Shown here: piece by piece, positions 31,152-46,209 of the stretch
Numbering within the stretch: position 1 is the first letter of the stretch
Layout of the letters: each line of letters opens with the position of its first letter
Origin: an uncultured Gammaproteobacteria bacterium
GTDB taxonomy: Bacteria > Pseudomonadota > Gammaproteobacteria > Steroidobacterales > Steroidobacteraceae
Length of the DNA: 64,000 nucleotides
NCBI GenBank assembly: GCA_963718865.1
Contig: CAVRAE010000003.1
Location: forward strand, 859,518 to 923,517
Reading direction: 5' to 3'
Notes under the pieces: model-generated
Told to the model about the DNA's origin: nothing
Database searches by the model: none
Seen by the model: only the letters and a program-made list of their open reading frames with translations
Made by a program: the position numbers and the translations under genes

Positions 31152-31778
31152 CTACACCAAGCGATACTGCATGGCCAGCAGGTACATCTCAGGGCTGCGG
31201 GCCCGGGATGCAAGGGGTTTGACCAGTTTCACGCGGATAAATTTTCCCCGCGCCGCCTGCACCAGTTCCTGGAACCCGGCTCCCTGGAACACCTTCATCA
31301 GGGCGTTGCCACCGGGCTTCAAGACGCTTTGCGCCATGCCGAGAGCCAGCTCCGCCAGGTGCATCGCCCGGGGCTGGTCGATGACGTCCACCCCGCTTAA
31401 GTTCGGCGCCATATCCGAAAGCACTACATCGACCTGCCGCGCCGGCAGCAGTTTCAGGATCTGCTCGAACACGGCCTGCTCGCGAAAGTCCCCCGGCACG
31501 AACTCCACGCCCGGGATCGCGGGCATCGCCAGGATATCGCTCGCCACCACCCTGCCCGTGCGCCCCACCCGGCGCTGCGCGTATTGACTCCAGGCCCCGG
31601 GAGCCGCGCCCAGGTCGAGGACGATCCCGCCGGGCCTGAGCAGCCGCTCGCGACGGTCGATTTCCTCGAGCTTGAACACCGCACGGGAGCGCCAGCCTTC
31701 GGCCTGCGCGCGCTGCACGAAAGGGTCGGCAAAGTGCTCCTTCAGCCATCGATCACTGCTCTTGGTACGCCGCGCCAT
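31152..31778 (-). CDS. rlmE: 23S rRNA (uridine2552-2'-O)-methyltransferase RlmE/FtsJ
   Basis: SDRWLKEHFADPFVQRAQAEGWRSRAVFKLEEID and the SAM motif VLDLGAAPGAWSQ. Start at ATG 31778. Confidence 0.9.
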   Translation of the reverse strand: MARRTKSSDRWLKEHFADPFVQRAQAEGWRSRAVFKLEEIDRRERLLRPGGIVLDLGAAPGAWSQYAQRRVGRTGRVVASDILAMPAIPGVEFVPGDFREQAVFEQILKLLPARQVDVVLSDMAPNLSGVDVIDQPRAMHLAELALGMAQSVLKPGGNALMKVFQGAGFQELVQAARGKFIRVKLVKPLASRARSPEMYLLAMQYRLV

Positions 31779-31825
31779 TGCTTCAATGTGCCCAGGTCCT
31801 GGTGTGTTCCTCTTACAATGAGTCG

Positions 31826-32149
31826 ATGCCAAAATCCGCCGCCGCCCCCACCGGGCTCTCGGAACGCCAGCGCCGGCATCTGCGCGGGCTCGCGCACCCG
31901 CTCAGGCCGGTCGTGCGGATCGGCAACGCCGGCCTCACGGACGGGGTGGCCCTCGAGACCGAGCGTGCGCTGCATGACCACGAGCTCATCAAGGTGAAGG
32001 GCCCTGGCGGGGACCGCGAGGCGCGCGACGCGGTGTTCACCGCGCTTGCCAGCAGAACCCACAGCGAGCTCGTGCACCGCATCGGCAACGTCGCCGTCTT
32101 CTACCGTGCACGTGCGGACCTGTCCCGCATCCTGATCCCGGACACCTAA
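31826..32149 (+). CDS. yhbY: YhbY-like CRM-domain RNA-binding protein
   Basis: [31 protein letters not shown]...ELIKVK...[14 protein letters not shown]. Divergent from rlmE, as in many proteobacteria. Confidence 0.85.
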   Translation: MPKSAAAPTGLSERQRRHLRGLAHPLRPVVRIGNAGLTDGVALETERALHDHELIKVKGPGGDREARDAVFTALASRTHSELVHRIGNVAVFYRARADLSRILIPDT

Positions 32150-32615
32150 CCGACGCGCACCGCGAGGATCTCGTAGGAGCGTGTGCCGCCGGGGGCCGCC
32201 ACCTCGGCGACGTCACCTTCGCGCTTGCCGACCACCGCGCGGGCGATGGGCGAGGTCACCGAGATGCGTCCCTGACGGATGTCCGCCTCATCCTCGCCGA
32301 CGATCTGATAGGTCACGCGCGCCCCCGCCTGGTCCTCGAGCTCCACCACCGCGCCGAACACCACCCGGCCGTTGGGTGTGAGCTGGGTCGGATCGATCAC
32401 CTCGGCGCTCGCCAGCTTGTGCTCGATTTCCTTGATGCGCCCTTCGATGAATCCCTGCTGCTCGCGCGCCGCGTGATACTCGGCGTTCTCCGACAGATCC
32501 CCGTGGCCACGCGCCTCGGCAATCGCCTTGATGATGCTGGGGCGCGCCTCGGACTTCAGGCGCTTCAATTCCGCCCGCAGCGCCTCGGCGCCCAGCAGGG
32601 TCATGGGCGTGCGCT

Positions 32616-32619
<4 letters not shown>
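32146..32619 (-). CDS. greA: transcription elongation factor GreA
   Basis: [18 protein letters not shown]...[26 protein letters not shown] overlap with the carB stop. Confidence 0.95.
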
Positions 32620-35842
<3,223 letters not shown>

Positions 35843-35843
<1 letters not shown>

Positions 35844-37033
35844 TAGCGGGCCGCTCCGGCCTGCTGCCGGCGCGCGCTGTCGCCGGCGACTTTCAGTTGC
35901 GCCTGCAGCCGGCGCAGCATCAGGTGGTTGAAGCGCTCGAACAGCGGCCGCAGGTCGTGGGGGCCCGGGCTTGCTTCCGGGTGCCCCTGGAAACCAAACG
36001 CGGGGCGATCCTTGAAGGTGAGGCCCTGCAGCGAGCCGTCGAACAGCGAGCGGTGCGTCGGCCGGACCGACGCCGGCAGTGAACTCTCGTCCACCGCAAA
36101 TCCGTGGTTCTGGCTGGTGATGAACACCCGCCCGGACTCCAGGTCCTGCACCGGGTGGTTGGCGCCGTGGTGGCCGAACTTCATTTTCACCGTGCGCCCG
36201 CCGGCGGCCAGCCCGAGGATCTGGAACCCGAGACAGATGCCGAACACCGGCAGACTCGTGTCGATGAATTTGCGGGTGGCCTCGATGGCGTACTCGCACG
36301 GCTCCGGATCTCCCGGTCCGTTGGAGAGGAACACGCCGTCCGGTTCCAGCGCCAGGACTTCGGCGGCGGGAGTCTGCGCCGGCACCACCGTCATGCGGCA
36401 GCCGGAGTCCGCCAGCAGCCGCAGGATGTTGCGCTTCAGGCCAAAGTCGTAGGCGACCACGTGCAGCCGCTGCTGCGAGCGGATCGGCGCGCGCGCCGAC
36501 TCCGGCCACACACTCCCCTCGTTCCACTGGAAGCTGCGCTTGGCAGTGACGACTTTCGCCAGATCCATGCCCTTGAGTCCCGGGAACTTGCGGGCCGCCT
36601 TGATGGCCGCCGCTTCATCGACCTGCTCGCCGGTCATGATGCAGCCGGCCTGCGCACCCTTCTCGCGCAGCAGGCGCGTGAGCTTGCGGGTGTCGATGCC
36701 GGCGATCGCAACGACGCGGCCGCGCTCAAGAAACTCCGCCAGCGATTCGTTGGCTCGCCAGCTGCTGTGCAGCAGCGGCAGGTCGCGGATGATGAGACCG
36801 GCGCAGTACACCTGCGTGGATTCAAGATCTTCGGGCGTGGTGCCCGTGTTGCCGATGTGCGGGCAGGTGAGCGTGACGATCTGTCGCGCGTAAGACGGGT
36901 CGGTGAGAATTTCCTGATAGCCCGTGAGGGCGGTATTGAAAACGACTTCGCCTGTGGTGTTGCCTTTGGCTCCGATCGACTGGCCGCGGAAGATCGTTCC
37001 ATCGGCCAGCGCGAGCACCGCAGGTAAGCTCAC
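35843..37033 (-). CDS. carA: carbamoyl-phosphate synthase small subunit
   Basis: [16 protein letters not shown]...[12 protein letters not shown] and the glutamine amidotransferase GICLGFQ...H..N.PV motifs. GTG start with AGGAGA upstream. Confidence 0.95.
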
Positions 37034-37057
37034 GTGATCACTTCTCCTAGACTCACA

Positions 37058-37097
37058 TACACAAAGCGGGAGGAGTTCTCATCGAACATCCTCCCGC
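37058..37097 (-). terminator. rho-independent-type hairpin between dapB and carA (dapB terminator and/or carA attenuator)
   Basis: On the minus strand, GCGGGAGGA-N14-TCCTCCCGC is followed by TTTGTGTATGTG. It lies 24 nt upstream of the carA GTG. Confidence 0.55.
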
Positions 37098-37220
37098 CTT
37101 GCATGGACTAACCCGAACACGGATTAGGCGGAAATTTTACGGGTTGGGGGGCGGATGTGTCCACGGAAATTCCCGTTACGGGAGCGTGATACTTTCTCAC
37201 AACGTTTCGTGAAGAATTCG

Positions 37221-38003
37221 CTAAGTTACTGTTTTAAAACCCATGACATCCCGCATGCCATAACGACCCGCGGGCTGGGACGCCAGCCACATGGCTGCGG
37301 CCAGGGCGCCGCGGGCGAAGATCCCCCGCTCCAGGGCGCGGTGGGTGAGGCGCAGCTCCTCGGCGGCCCCCGCAAAGCGCACCGTGTGCTCGCCCACCAC
37401 CTCGCCTTCGCGGACCGAAGAGATGGGAATTTCACCCCCGTGGCCGTCGCGGCCCTCACGGATCGCCGCGGCCAGGCTAAGCGCGGTGCCGGAGGGGGCG
37501 TCGCGTTTCTCGCGGTGGTGCGTCTCGGTGATGCCGATATCGAACCCCGGCAGAGCGCGCGCGGCGGTCCGCGCAAGTTCGATCAGCAGCGTCACGCCGA
37601 GACTCGTATTGGGCGCAATGAGCAGGGGAATGTCCTGCGCGGCTGCCGCGAACTCAGCCTCGAGCGCGGCAGCGAAGCCGGTCGCGCCGATCAGCAGCGG
37701 CTTGCGCGCCGCACGGCAGGCGTGCAGGTTCCCGCGCGTCGCCTCCGCGGTGCTGAAGTCGATCACGACCTGCGCGCCCGGCAGCACGGCATCGAGATTA
37801 CCGGTGATGGGAAGATGATTCGGCGCGCCGCCGGCGGTGACGCCGGAGTCCCGGCCGAGCAGCGCGCTGTCCGTGGAGGCTATCGCGCCCACCAGCGCGA
37901 GCCCGGGAAATCCGCCCGCGGCACTCACGATCGCCCTGCCCATCCGGCCACTCGCGCCGATAAGAACCGCGCCGAGGGGCCGTGCGGGCGGGGCCTCGCT
38001 CAT
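37221..38003 (-). CDS. dapB: 4-hydroxy-tetrahydrodipicolinate reductase
   Basis: [14 protein letters not shown](P)-binding motif and [15 protein letters not shown] motif. ATGA overlap with the dnaJ stop. Confidence 0.9.
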   Translation of the reverse strand: MSEAPPARPLGAVLIGASGRMGRAIVSAAGGFPGLALVGAIASTDSALLGRDSGVTAGGAPNHLPITGNLDAVLPGAQVVIDFSTAEATRGNLHACRAARKPLLIGATGFAAALEAEFAAAAQDIPLLIAPNTSLGVTLLIELARTAARALPGFDIGITETHHREKRDAPSGTALSLAAAIREGRDGHGGEIPISSVREGEVVGEHTVRFAGAAEELRLTHRALERGIFARGALAAAMWLASQPAGRYGMRDVMGFKTVT

Positions 38004-39130
38004 CGGGACTGGAAGAAGCGCCGCACGCCCTCGAGAAAGCCTTTCTCACGCGGCGCGTGCCGCGCGGCGTGCGCCTTGAGCGACTCGTCCAGTTGCCGCA
38101 CGAGCTCGCGTTGCTCGCTCGACAGATGCACGGGCGTCTCGATGACTATGCGGCAGAAAAGATCGCCGCGCGTACCGCCGCGCACCGGCTTCACGCCCTT
38201 GTCGCGCAGGCGAAATACACGCCCTGACTGGGTCTCCGCCGGAATCTTCAACGACACATCTCCCTCGAGCGTCGGCACATCCACCGCGCCGCCGAGCGCT
38301 GCGGTGGCGAAGCTGACCGGCACCTCGCAGCTCAGGTGCTCCCCCTCGCGCTCGAAGATCGCGTGTTCGCGCACCTGCACCTCGACGTACAGGTCTCCCG
38401 GCGGACCGCCGTTGCGTCCGGCCTCCCCTTCCCCCGAGAGCCGCACGCGGTCGCCGGTATCCACCCCGGCCGGCACCTTCACGGCGAGCTTGCGGGTGCG
38501 GCGCACGCGGCCCTGTCCCAGGCAGGTGTCGCAGGGATTGCGGATGATGGTGCCGCTGCCGCGACAGCGCGGACAGGTCTGCTGCAGCTGGAAGAAGCCC
38601 TGGGAAACGCGTACCTGGCCGGCGCCGCCGCAGCCGTCGCAGGTCGTCGCCGAGCTGCCCTTGGCGGCGCCGCTGCCGTGGCAGGTGTCGCACTCGGCGA
38701 GCTTCGCCACCTCGATTTCCACCTGGTGGCCGAACACTGCCTGATCCAGCTCGAGCTGCAGCTCGTAACGCAGGTCCGCGCCGCGGAACACCTGCGAGCG
38801 GCCGCCGCGGCGTGAGCCCCCGAAGATGTCGCCGAAAACGTCCCCGAAGATGTCGCTGAAGGCATCCCCGGCACCGAAGCCGCGCCCACCGCCGCGCGCG
38901 GCAGCCTCGACACCGGCGTGGCCGTGCTGGTCGTAGAGCGCGCGCTTGTGCGAGTCCGTGAGCACCTCGGAGGCCTCCTTGGCCTCCTTGAAGCGCTCCT
39001 CCGCGTCCCGGTCGTTCGGGTTGCGGTCGGGGTGATACTTCATCGCCAGACGGCGATAGGCCTTCTTGACCTCCGCCTCAGTCGCGGTTTTCGGTACGTC
39101 GAGTACCTTGTAGTAATCGCGCTTGGACAT
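38000..39130 (-). CDS. dnaJ: molecular chaperone DnaJ
   Basis: J-domain (DYYKVLDV...KYHPDRNP), G/F-rich region, and four CxxCxGxG zinc-finger repeats. Confidence 0.97.
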   Translation of the reverse strand: MSKRDYYKVLDVPKTATEAEVKKAYRRLAMKYHPDRNPNDRDAEERFKEAKEASEVLTDSHKRALYDQHGHAGVEAAARGGGRGFGAGDAFSDIFGDVFGDIFGGSRRGGRSQVFRGADLRYELQLELDQAVFGHQVEIEVAKLAECDTCHGSGAAKGSSATTCDGCGGAGQVRVSQGFFQLQQTCPRCRGSGTIIRNPCDTCLGQGRVRRTRKLAVKVPAGVDTGDRVRLSGEGEAGRNGGPPGDLYVEVQVREHAIFEREGEHLSCEVPVSFATAALGGAVDVPTLEGDVSLKIPAETQSGRVFRLRDKGVKPVRGGTRGDLFCRIVIETPVHLSSEQRELVRQLDESLKAHAARHAPREKGFLEGVRRFFQSR

Positions 39131-39142
39131 GCGGCGTGGAAG

Positions 39143-41110
<1,968 letters not shown>

Positions 41111-41142
41111 GGCTCTTCACTCCGGGTAGTCCAGCTCTGCTT

Positions 41143-41170
41143 CTTAGGGGTGACGGGGCAGGCTTTCAAG
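41143..41170 (-). promoter_or_regulatory. sigma32-type heat-shock promoter candidate for dnaK-dnaJ
   Basis: Minus strand CTTGAAA-gcctgccccgtca-CCCCTAAG, compared with the consensus CTTGAAA-N13/14-CCCCATnT. The -35 element overlaps the grpE stop codon. Confidence 0.55.
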
Positions 41171-41705
41171 CCCCGCCGGGGGCGCGGGCGACAATAACCC
41201 GCGCGGGGCGCAACAGGCGCCCGTTGAGTTCGTATCCGGGCTGCACCACCTGCAGGACCGAATTGGGCTGCGCCTTCGCGGATTCCTGCGCCATCATGGC
41301 CTCGTGGCGCGCGGGGTCGAAGGGCTCCCCTTCGGGGTTGATCAGGGTGACCCCGAGCCGCTCGAGCGCCCGGGACAGCAGCTGCAGCGTCGCCTCCTGG
41401 CCCTCCTTGAGGCTCGCGGCGTCCGCCCGCCCGGCGTTCTGCACCGCCAGCTCCAGGGTGTCCTTCACCGGCAACAGCTCCGCGGCGAATTTCTCCAGTC
41501 CGTAGCGGTTCGCCGCCTCGATATCACGGCCGGCGCGCTTGCGCACGTTGTCCAGCTCGGCCAGGGCCCGCAGGTACTGCTCCCAGTGGCTCCTGGCGCG
41601 CTCTTCGGCGTCGGCGAGCGCGCGCTGCAGGCGCTCCAGTTCCACCAGCTGTGCTGCCGTCTCCGGCAGTACCGCGGTCGCTTCAGCCCCGGTGTTCTCG
41701 GTCAT
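41166..41705 (-). CDS. grpE: nucleotide exchange factor GrpE
   Basis: Coiled-coil N-terminus, with RALAELDNVRKRAGRDIEAANRYGLEKFAAELLPVKD and a C-terminal beta domain. Confidence 0.95.
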   Translation of the reverse strand: MTENTGAEATAVLPETAAQLVELERLQRALADAEERARSHWEQYLRALAELDNVRKRAGRDIEAANRYGLEKFAAELLPVKDTLELAVQNAGRADAASLKEGQEATLQLLSRALERLGVTLINPEGEPFDPARHEAMMAQESAKAQPNSVLQVVQPGYELNGRLLRPARVIVARAPGGA

Positions 41706-41795
41706 CTTAAGACAAACCTCCCGAAAATCTTATGTCCGCTCAGGCCCACGCCGTGCGCCCAGCAACGCTTGCCGCGCGCTCGTGGCCCGCGAGCC

Positions 41796-41824
41796 AGCGT
41801 GGGGGTCAGCGCCGTGAATTCAAG
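41796..41824 (-). promoter_or_regulatory. sigma32-type heat-shock promoter candidate for grpE
   Basis: Minus strand CTTGAA-ttcacggcgctga-CCCCCACGCT. It straddles the hrcA stop codon (41806-41808). Confidence 0.5.
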
Positions 41825-42873
41825 GCGGCGCCGAGCAGTTTAGCCGTCATATCAACGATCGGTATGACCCGTTCATAGGCCATGCGCGTGGGCCCGATGA
41901 CCCCGAGCACGCCCACGACTCCGTCGCTGTCGGCGTAGGGGGAGGTGACCACGCTGCAATCGTCGAGTATCCGGTAGCCGGATTCGTGGCCGATGAAGAT
42001 CTGCACGCCTTCGGCCTTGAGACTCTGGTCGAGCAGATGCAGGAAATCGCGCTTCTCGTTGAATGCCTCGAACAGCCGCCGCAGCTTTTCCACGCTCGTC
42101 AGATCCGCGGCCCCCATGAGGTTGGTCTCGCCCTTGATGACGTACTCGAGGCGGCTCTCGGCGCCGCTTTCGAACACCTGCTGCGCCATGGAAATCGCGT
42201 CCAGCATGATCTGGTTGAGGTGCGCATGCGCCTCGGACAGCTGGCGCAGGATCTCCTGGCGCACCTCGCGCAGCGAGCGGCCGCGGAACTGCTCGTTGAG
42301 GTAGTTGGTGGCCCGCTTGAGCTCATCAGCCGGGTAGTGGCGTTCGAGCTGGATGATGCGGTTCTGGACCTCGCGGTCATTGAACACCAGCACCACCAGC
42401 ACGCGGTTCTCCGACAGCGCGACGAATTCGATCTGGGTGATCGCGGCCTGCCGGGTGCGCGGTACGGTGACCACACCGGCGAGCTGGGTGACGGAGGACA
42501 GCAGCTGCGAGACGCTCGCGATGAGATCGGTGGAGCTGTCGCGGCTCGCTTCAAACTGCCGGCGCATTTCCGCGCTCGCCGTCTCATCCGGCCCGCGCAG
42601 CTGCAGCAGCGTGTCGACGAAAAACCGATATCCCTTGTCGGTGGGCACGCGGCCGGCGGAGGTGTGCGGGGAAGCCACGAAGCCGAGCTCTTCCAGGTCG
42701 GCCATCACGTTGCGGATGGTCGCGGAACTCAACTGCAATCCAGACTCCCGGGACAGGGCGCGCGAGCCGACCGGCTGGCCGTCGCGGATGTAGCTCTCGA
42801 TGAGGATCCGCAGCAGGCGCTGCGCCCGCTCACTTAAGGCCTCGTCCCCGGCATCGTGCCCCATGGCAGCCAA
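41806..42873 (-). CDS. hrcA: heat-inducible transcription repressor HrcA
   Basis: LSERAQRLLRILIESYIRDGQPVGSRALSRESGLQLSSATIRNVMADLEELGF and a C-terminal GVLGVIGPTRMAYERVIP. Confidence 0.9.
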   Translation of the reverse strand: MAAMGHDAGDEALSERAQRLLRILIESYIRDGQPVGSRALSRESGLQLSSATIRNVMADLEELGFVASPHTSAGRVPTDKGYRFFVDTLLQLRGPDETASAEMRRQFEASRDSSTDLIASVSQLLSSVTQLAGVVTVPRTRQAAITQIEFVALSENRVLVVLVFNDREVQNRIIQLERHYPADELKRATNYLNEQFRGRSLREVRQEILRQLSEAHAHLNQIMLDAISMAQQVFESGAESRLEYVIKGETNLMGAADLTSVEKLRRLFEAFNEKRDFLHLLDQSLKAEGVQIFIGHESGYRILDDCSVVTSPYADSDGVVGVLGVIGPTRMAYERVIPIVDMTAKLLGAALNSRR

Positions 42874-43014
42874 GCTAGCGTCGCGCTTGCCCGACCGTCA
42901 AGCATGCGACGGCCCGCACGCCCTGGGACGCCGCATTGGCTGCCGGCGCGGCGAGCGTGCTACAAAGACGGCGCTTCGCTTGGGAGGCTTTGAGGTTACG
43001 TTAAGGGCGCTGCG

Positions 43015-43902
43015 ATGGCCTCTGCGGTACACAACTGCGCGATAGTCGGCCGCTTCACGGATCCGCGTATAGCGGAGAGCGTCGCGGCGCTGCTGCCGCA
43101 TCTGGCGGGCCGCGGCGTCGGCGTTCTGGCGAGCACGGATGCCGCCCTGGGGCCCACGGGCGAGCGGGTCACGCGCATCCCGGAGCCTGAGATCGGTGCG
43201 CGCGCGGACCTGGTCATCGCCATCGGGGGTGACGGGACGCTGCTGTACGCGGCGCGCCTGGTCGCCGGCCACAAGGTGCCACTGCTCGGGGTCAACCGGG
43301 GGCGCCTGGGCTTCCTCACCGATGTCATGCCCCAGGACATGCTGGCGGCGGTGGACGCCGCCCTCGCCGGGGAATTGCAGGCCGATGAGCGCCCGCTGCT
43401 GCGCGCCGAACTGCGCGCCGCGGCCGGTCCCGTGGTGCAGGCCTTCGCCCTTAACGATGTGGTGATGCAGAAGCACGATACCGGACGCACGCTGGAATTC
43501 GAGACCCGGGTCAACGGCACCTACGTCAACACGCACGATGGAGATGGCATCATTATCGCCAGCCCCACCGGCTCCACCGCCTACGCGCTGTCCTGCGGCG
43601 GTCCGATCCTGGAACCGCACCTCGACGCCCTGGTCATCGCGCCGATCTGTGCGCACACCCTCTCCGACCGGCCGATCGTGGTATCCGCACGCTCCACGGT
43701 GGAAGTGCGGCTGCTCGAGCGGCCCGACACGCACGCGCACGTCACCTGTGACGGCATGCTGCTGGGAGCCTTCGCCCCCGGCGATCGGCTGCAGATCAGC
43801 AGCGCGGATGAACGCGTGACCCTCCTGCACCCAAAGGGACTGGACTACTACAAGCTGCTGCGCTCGAAGCTCCACTGGGGCCGCGGCAGTTTCGAGCGCT
43901 GA
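43015..43902 (+). CDS. nadK: NAD kinase
   Basis: GGDGTLL motif, NRGRLGFLTD, and IIASPTGSTAYALSCGGPI. Confidence 0.9.
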   Translation: MASAVHNCAIVGRFTDPRIAESVAALLPHLAGRGVGVLASTDAALGPTGERVTRIPEPEIGARADLVIAIGGDGTLLYAARLVAGHKVPLLGVNRGRLGFLTDVMPQDMLAAVDAALAGELQADERPLLRAELRAAAGPVVQAFALNDVVMQKHDTGRTLEFETRVNGTYVNTHDGDGIIIASPTGSTAYALSCGGPILEPHLDALVIAPICAHTLSDRPIVVSARSTVEVRLLERPDTHAHVTCDGMLLGAFAPGDRLQISSADERVTLLHPKGLDYYKLLRSKLHWGRGSFER

Positions 43903-43906
43903 CCCC

Positions 43907-45703
43907 ATGCTGACTCACCTGCAGATACGCGACTTCGCCATCATCGACGCGGTGGAGCTGGAGCTGCGCAACGGACTCACCGTACTCACCGGGGAAACCG
44001 GCGCGGGCAAATCCATTCTGGTGGATGCACTGCAGCTGCTCGCCGGCGGCCGCGCCGGTGCCGAGGTGGTGCGCCACGGCGCTGAACGCGCGGAGGTGTC
44101 GGCGACCTTCGATCTCGCGCCGGCGCCCCCGGCACTCAAGCGATGGCTCGAAGCACAATCGATCGACTGCCAGGGCGAACTCATCGTCCGGCGCGTCGTC
44201 ACCGCCGATGGCCGCTCGCGCGCCTACCTCAACGGCCAGTCGGTGTCAGTGCAGCTGCTGCGCGAGGCCGGTGACATCCTCATCGACATCCACGGCCAGC
44301 ATGAATTTCAGTCGCTCACGCGCGGCGCCGCGCAGCGCGAGCTCCTCGACGCCTATGGCGCACTCATCCCCCTCACCGAGCAGGTGGGAATCGCCCATCG
44401 CGGGTGGCTCGGGCTCCTGAACCGCACGCTGGAGCTGGAGACCCAGGCGCGCGACCGGGATGCGAAGCTGGAGCTGCTGCGCTACCAGGGCCAGGAACTG
44501 CAGGCGCTCGGGCTCGCCGATGGCGAGATCGAAAGTCTCACCGAGGAGCGCGTGCGGCTCGCCAATCGCGGCCGCCTCGCACAGGGGACACAGGCGGCCC
44601 TCGCAGAGTTATACGAGCACGAAACGGGCAGTGCCCACGCGGGGGTGAGCCGGGCCCTGCAGGCGTTGAAGGGACTGACGGGCCTGGATGCGAGGCTCGC
44701 CGCCCTGCTGCCGCTGCTGGAAGAGGCCGCGATTCACATCCGCGAAGGAGCGCGTGAGCTGGAGCGCTACGGCGAGACGCTCGACGTCGACTCCGCACGC
44801 CAGGAGAGCGTGGAACGGCGCCTGGCGGCGATTGAGGAACTGGCGCGCAAACACCGCGTCGCTCCGCTGCAGCTTCGCGCCCGAACCACCGAACTGCACG
44901 CCGAGCTTCAGACGCTGGAGCGCGCGGACGTGGACCTGGCGATGTTGCGCAAGGAGCTGTCCGCGGCGCTGGAAAACTACCGCACCCAGGCGCAGGCGCT
45001 GTCGGGAAAGCGCACGCGCGCGGCGCGCTCGCTCGCCAAGGACATCAGCGCCCGCATGCAGACCCTGGGAATGTCGGGCGGGCGATTCGAAGCCGACGTC
45101 GCCCAGAACGGCAACGCCGATCCGGCCCAGCACGGCATCGACCAGATCGAGTTCCGTGTCAGCGCCAATCCAGGCTCACCGCCGCGTGCGCTGTCCAAGG
45201 TTGCCTCGGGTGGCGAACTGTCGCGGCTGTCACTCGCGGTGCAGGTGTCGTGCGCCGCGCGCGAATCGCGTTGCATGGTGTTCGACGAAGTCGATTCCGG
45301 CATCGGCGGCGCGGTCGCCGAGATCGTCGGGCGGGAGCTGCGAGCCCTTGGGGAACGCGGCCAGGCGCTGTGCGTAACGCATCTGCCGCAGGTCGCCTCC
45401 CAGGCACATCACCAGGTGCGCGTCACGAAGCTCACCGACGGGCGCACCACGCGCACCACGCTCACCGAGTTGAGTGGCGCCGAGCGGGTGGAGGAGCTCG
45501 CGCGCATGCTCGGCGGAATCGAGGTCACGGCCAAGGCGCGCGAGCACGCGCGCGACATGCTCGGTGGCGCCGTGCAGTCCCCGCAGGCTTCAACAGGGGC
45601 CGCGGCAGCCGCGCCCAGCGCCGCAGCGGGCGCCGCGCGCGAGGCGCCCGCTTCCGCGGATACCGTGCGGCAACCGCGGCCGCCGCTCAGCAAAGGGCGT
45701 TAG
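43907..45703 (+). CDS. recN: DNA repair protein RecN (with an Ala/Pro-rich C-terminal tail of about 45 aa)
   Basis: MLTHLQIRDFAIID...LTGETGAGKSIL Walker A, a long coiled coil, and LSKVASGGELSRLSLA...VFDEVDSGIGG. Confidence 0.95.
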   Translation: MLTHLQIRDFAIIDAVELELRNGLTVLTGETGAGKSILVDALQLLAGGRAGAEVVRHGAERAEVSATFDLAPAPPALKRWLEAQSIDCQGELIVRRVVTADGRSRAYLNGQSVSVQLLREAGDILIDIHGQHEFQSLTRGAAQRELLDAYGALIPLTEQVGIAHRGWLGLLNRTLELETQARDRDAKLELLRYQGQELQALGLADGEIESLTEERVRLANRGRLAQGTQAALAELYEHETGSAHAGVSRALQALKGLTGLDARLAALLPLLEEAAIHIREGARELERYGETLDVDSARQESVERRLAAIEELARKHRVAPLQLRARTTELHAELQTLERADVDLAMLRKELSAALENYRTQAQALSGKRTRAARSLAKDISARMQTLGMSGGRFEADVAQNGNADPAQHGIDQIEFRVSANPGSPPRALSKVASGGELSRLSLAVQVSCAARESRCMVFDEVDSGIGGAVAEIVGRELRALGERGQALCVTHLPQVASQAHHQVRVTKLTDGRTTRTTLTELSGAERVEELARMLGGIEVTAKAREHARDMLGGAVQSPQASTGAAAAAPSAAAGAAREAPASADTVRQPRPPLSKGR

Positions 45704-46134
45704 CTGCTCTTGCGCTTGCGATAAGCGCAGTTCGGGCGGCGGCAGTGCCCGTAAAGAATGAGCGAATGGTCCTGGATACCAAATCCGAGTCGCTCGGCGA
45801 CCGCGGTCTGGCGATCCTCGATCCCTGCGTCCATGAATTCCTCAACCCGGCCGCAATCAAGGCACACGATGTGGTCGTGGTGCGTGCCCTGGTTGAGCTC
45901 GAACACCGCCATGCCGTCCTCGAAGTGATGGCGGGTGACCAGCCCCGCCGCTTCGAACTGCGTGAGCACGCGGTACACGGTCGCAAGTCCGATGTCCTCT
46001 TTGGTCTCCAGCAGCGAGCGGTAGATGTCCTCGGCGGAGAGGTGCCGCGTGGAGCTGCCCTCGAGGATCTCGAGAATCTTCAGGCGCGGCAGGGTCACCT
46101 TCAGACCCGCCTTGCGCAAATCCTTGCCTTCCAC
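45700..46134 (-). CDS. fur: ferric uptake regulator Fur
   Basis: DLRKAGLKVTLPRLKILEIL...HLSAEDIY...ATVYRVLTQFEAAGLV...HHDHIVCLDCG. GTG 46134 is preceded by GGGAGA. The longer ORF from 46209 is less likely. Confidence 0.9.
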   Translation of the reverse strand: MEGKDLRKAGLKVTLPRLKILEILEGSSTRHLSAEDIYRSLLETKEDIGLATVYRVLTQFEAAGLVTRHHFEDGMAVFELNQGTHHDHIVCLDCGRVEEFMDAGIEDRQTAVAERLGFGIQDHSLILYGHCRRPNCAYRKRKSS

Positions 46135-46209
46135 GTGAGATTCTCCCGGACGCAGGCGGCCAGCGATCAGGTATGATTTCGCGCCAGCATTATCCCCCAT
46201 CGGACTCAC

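Noticed and set aside
29193-31400. 735-aa ORF on the plus strand
   Set aside because: Antisense to ftsH and rlmE; a GC-rich shadow ORF.
42936-42962. CIRCE-like inverted repeat upstream of hrcA (TTGGCTGCC-N8-GAGCGTGCTAC)
   Set aside because: About 5 of 9 matches in the left arm, wrong spacer length and an inserted base in the right arm, compared with TTAGCACTC-N9-GAGTGCTAA.
46135-46209. Fur box in the fur-bamE divergent region (GATAATG...AAATCAT on the minus strand)
   Set aside because: Only two separated half-matches to the 19-bp consensus GATAATGATAATCATTATC, which is not enough to call.
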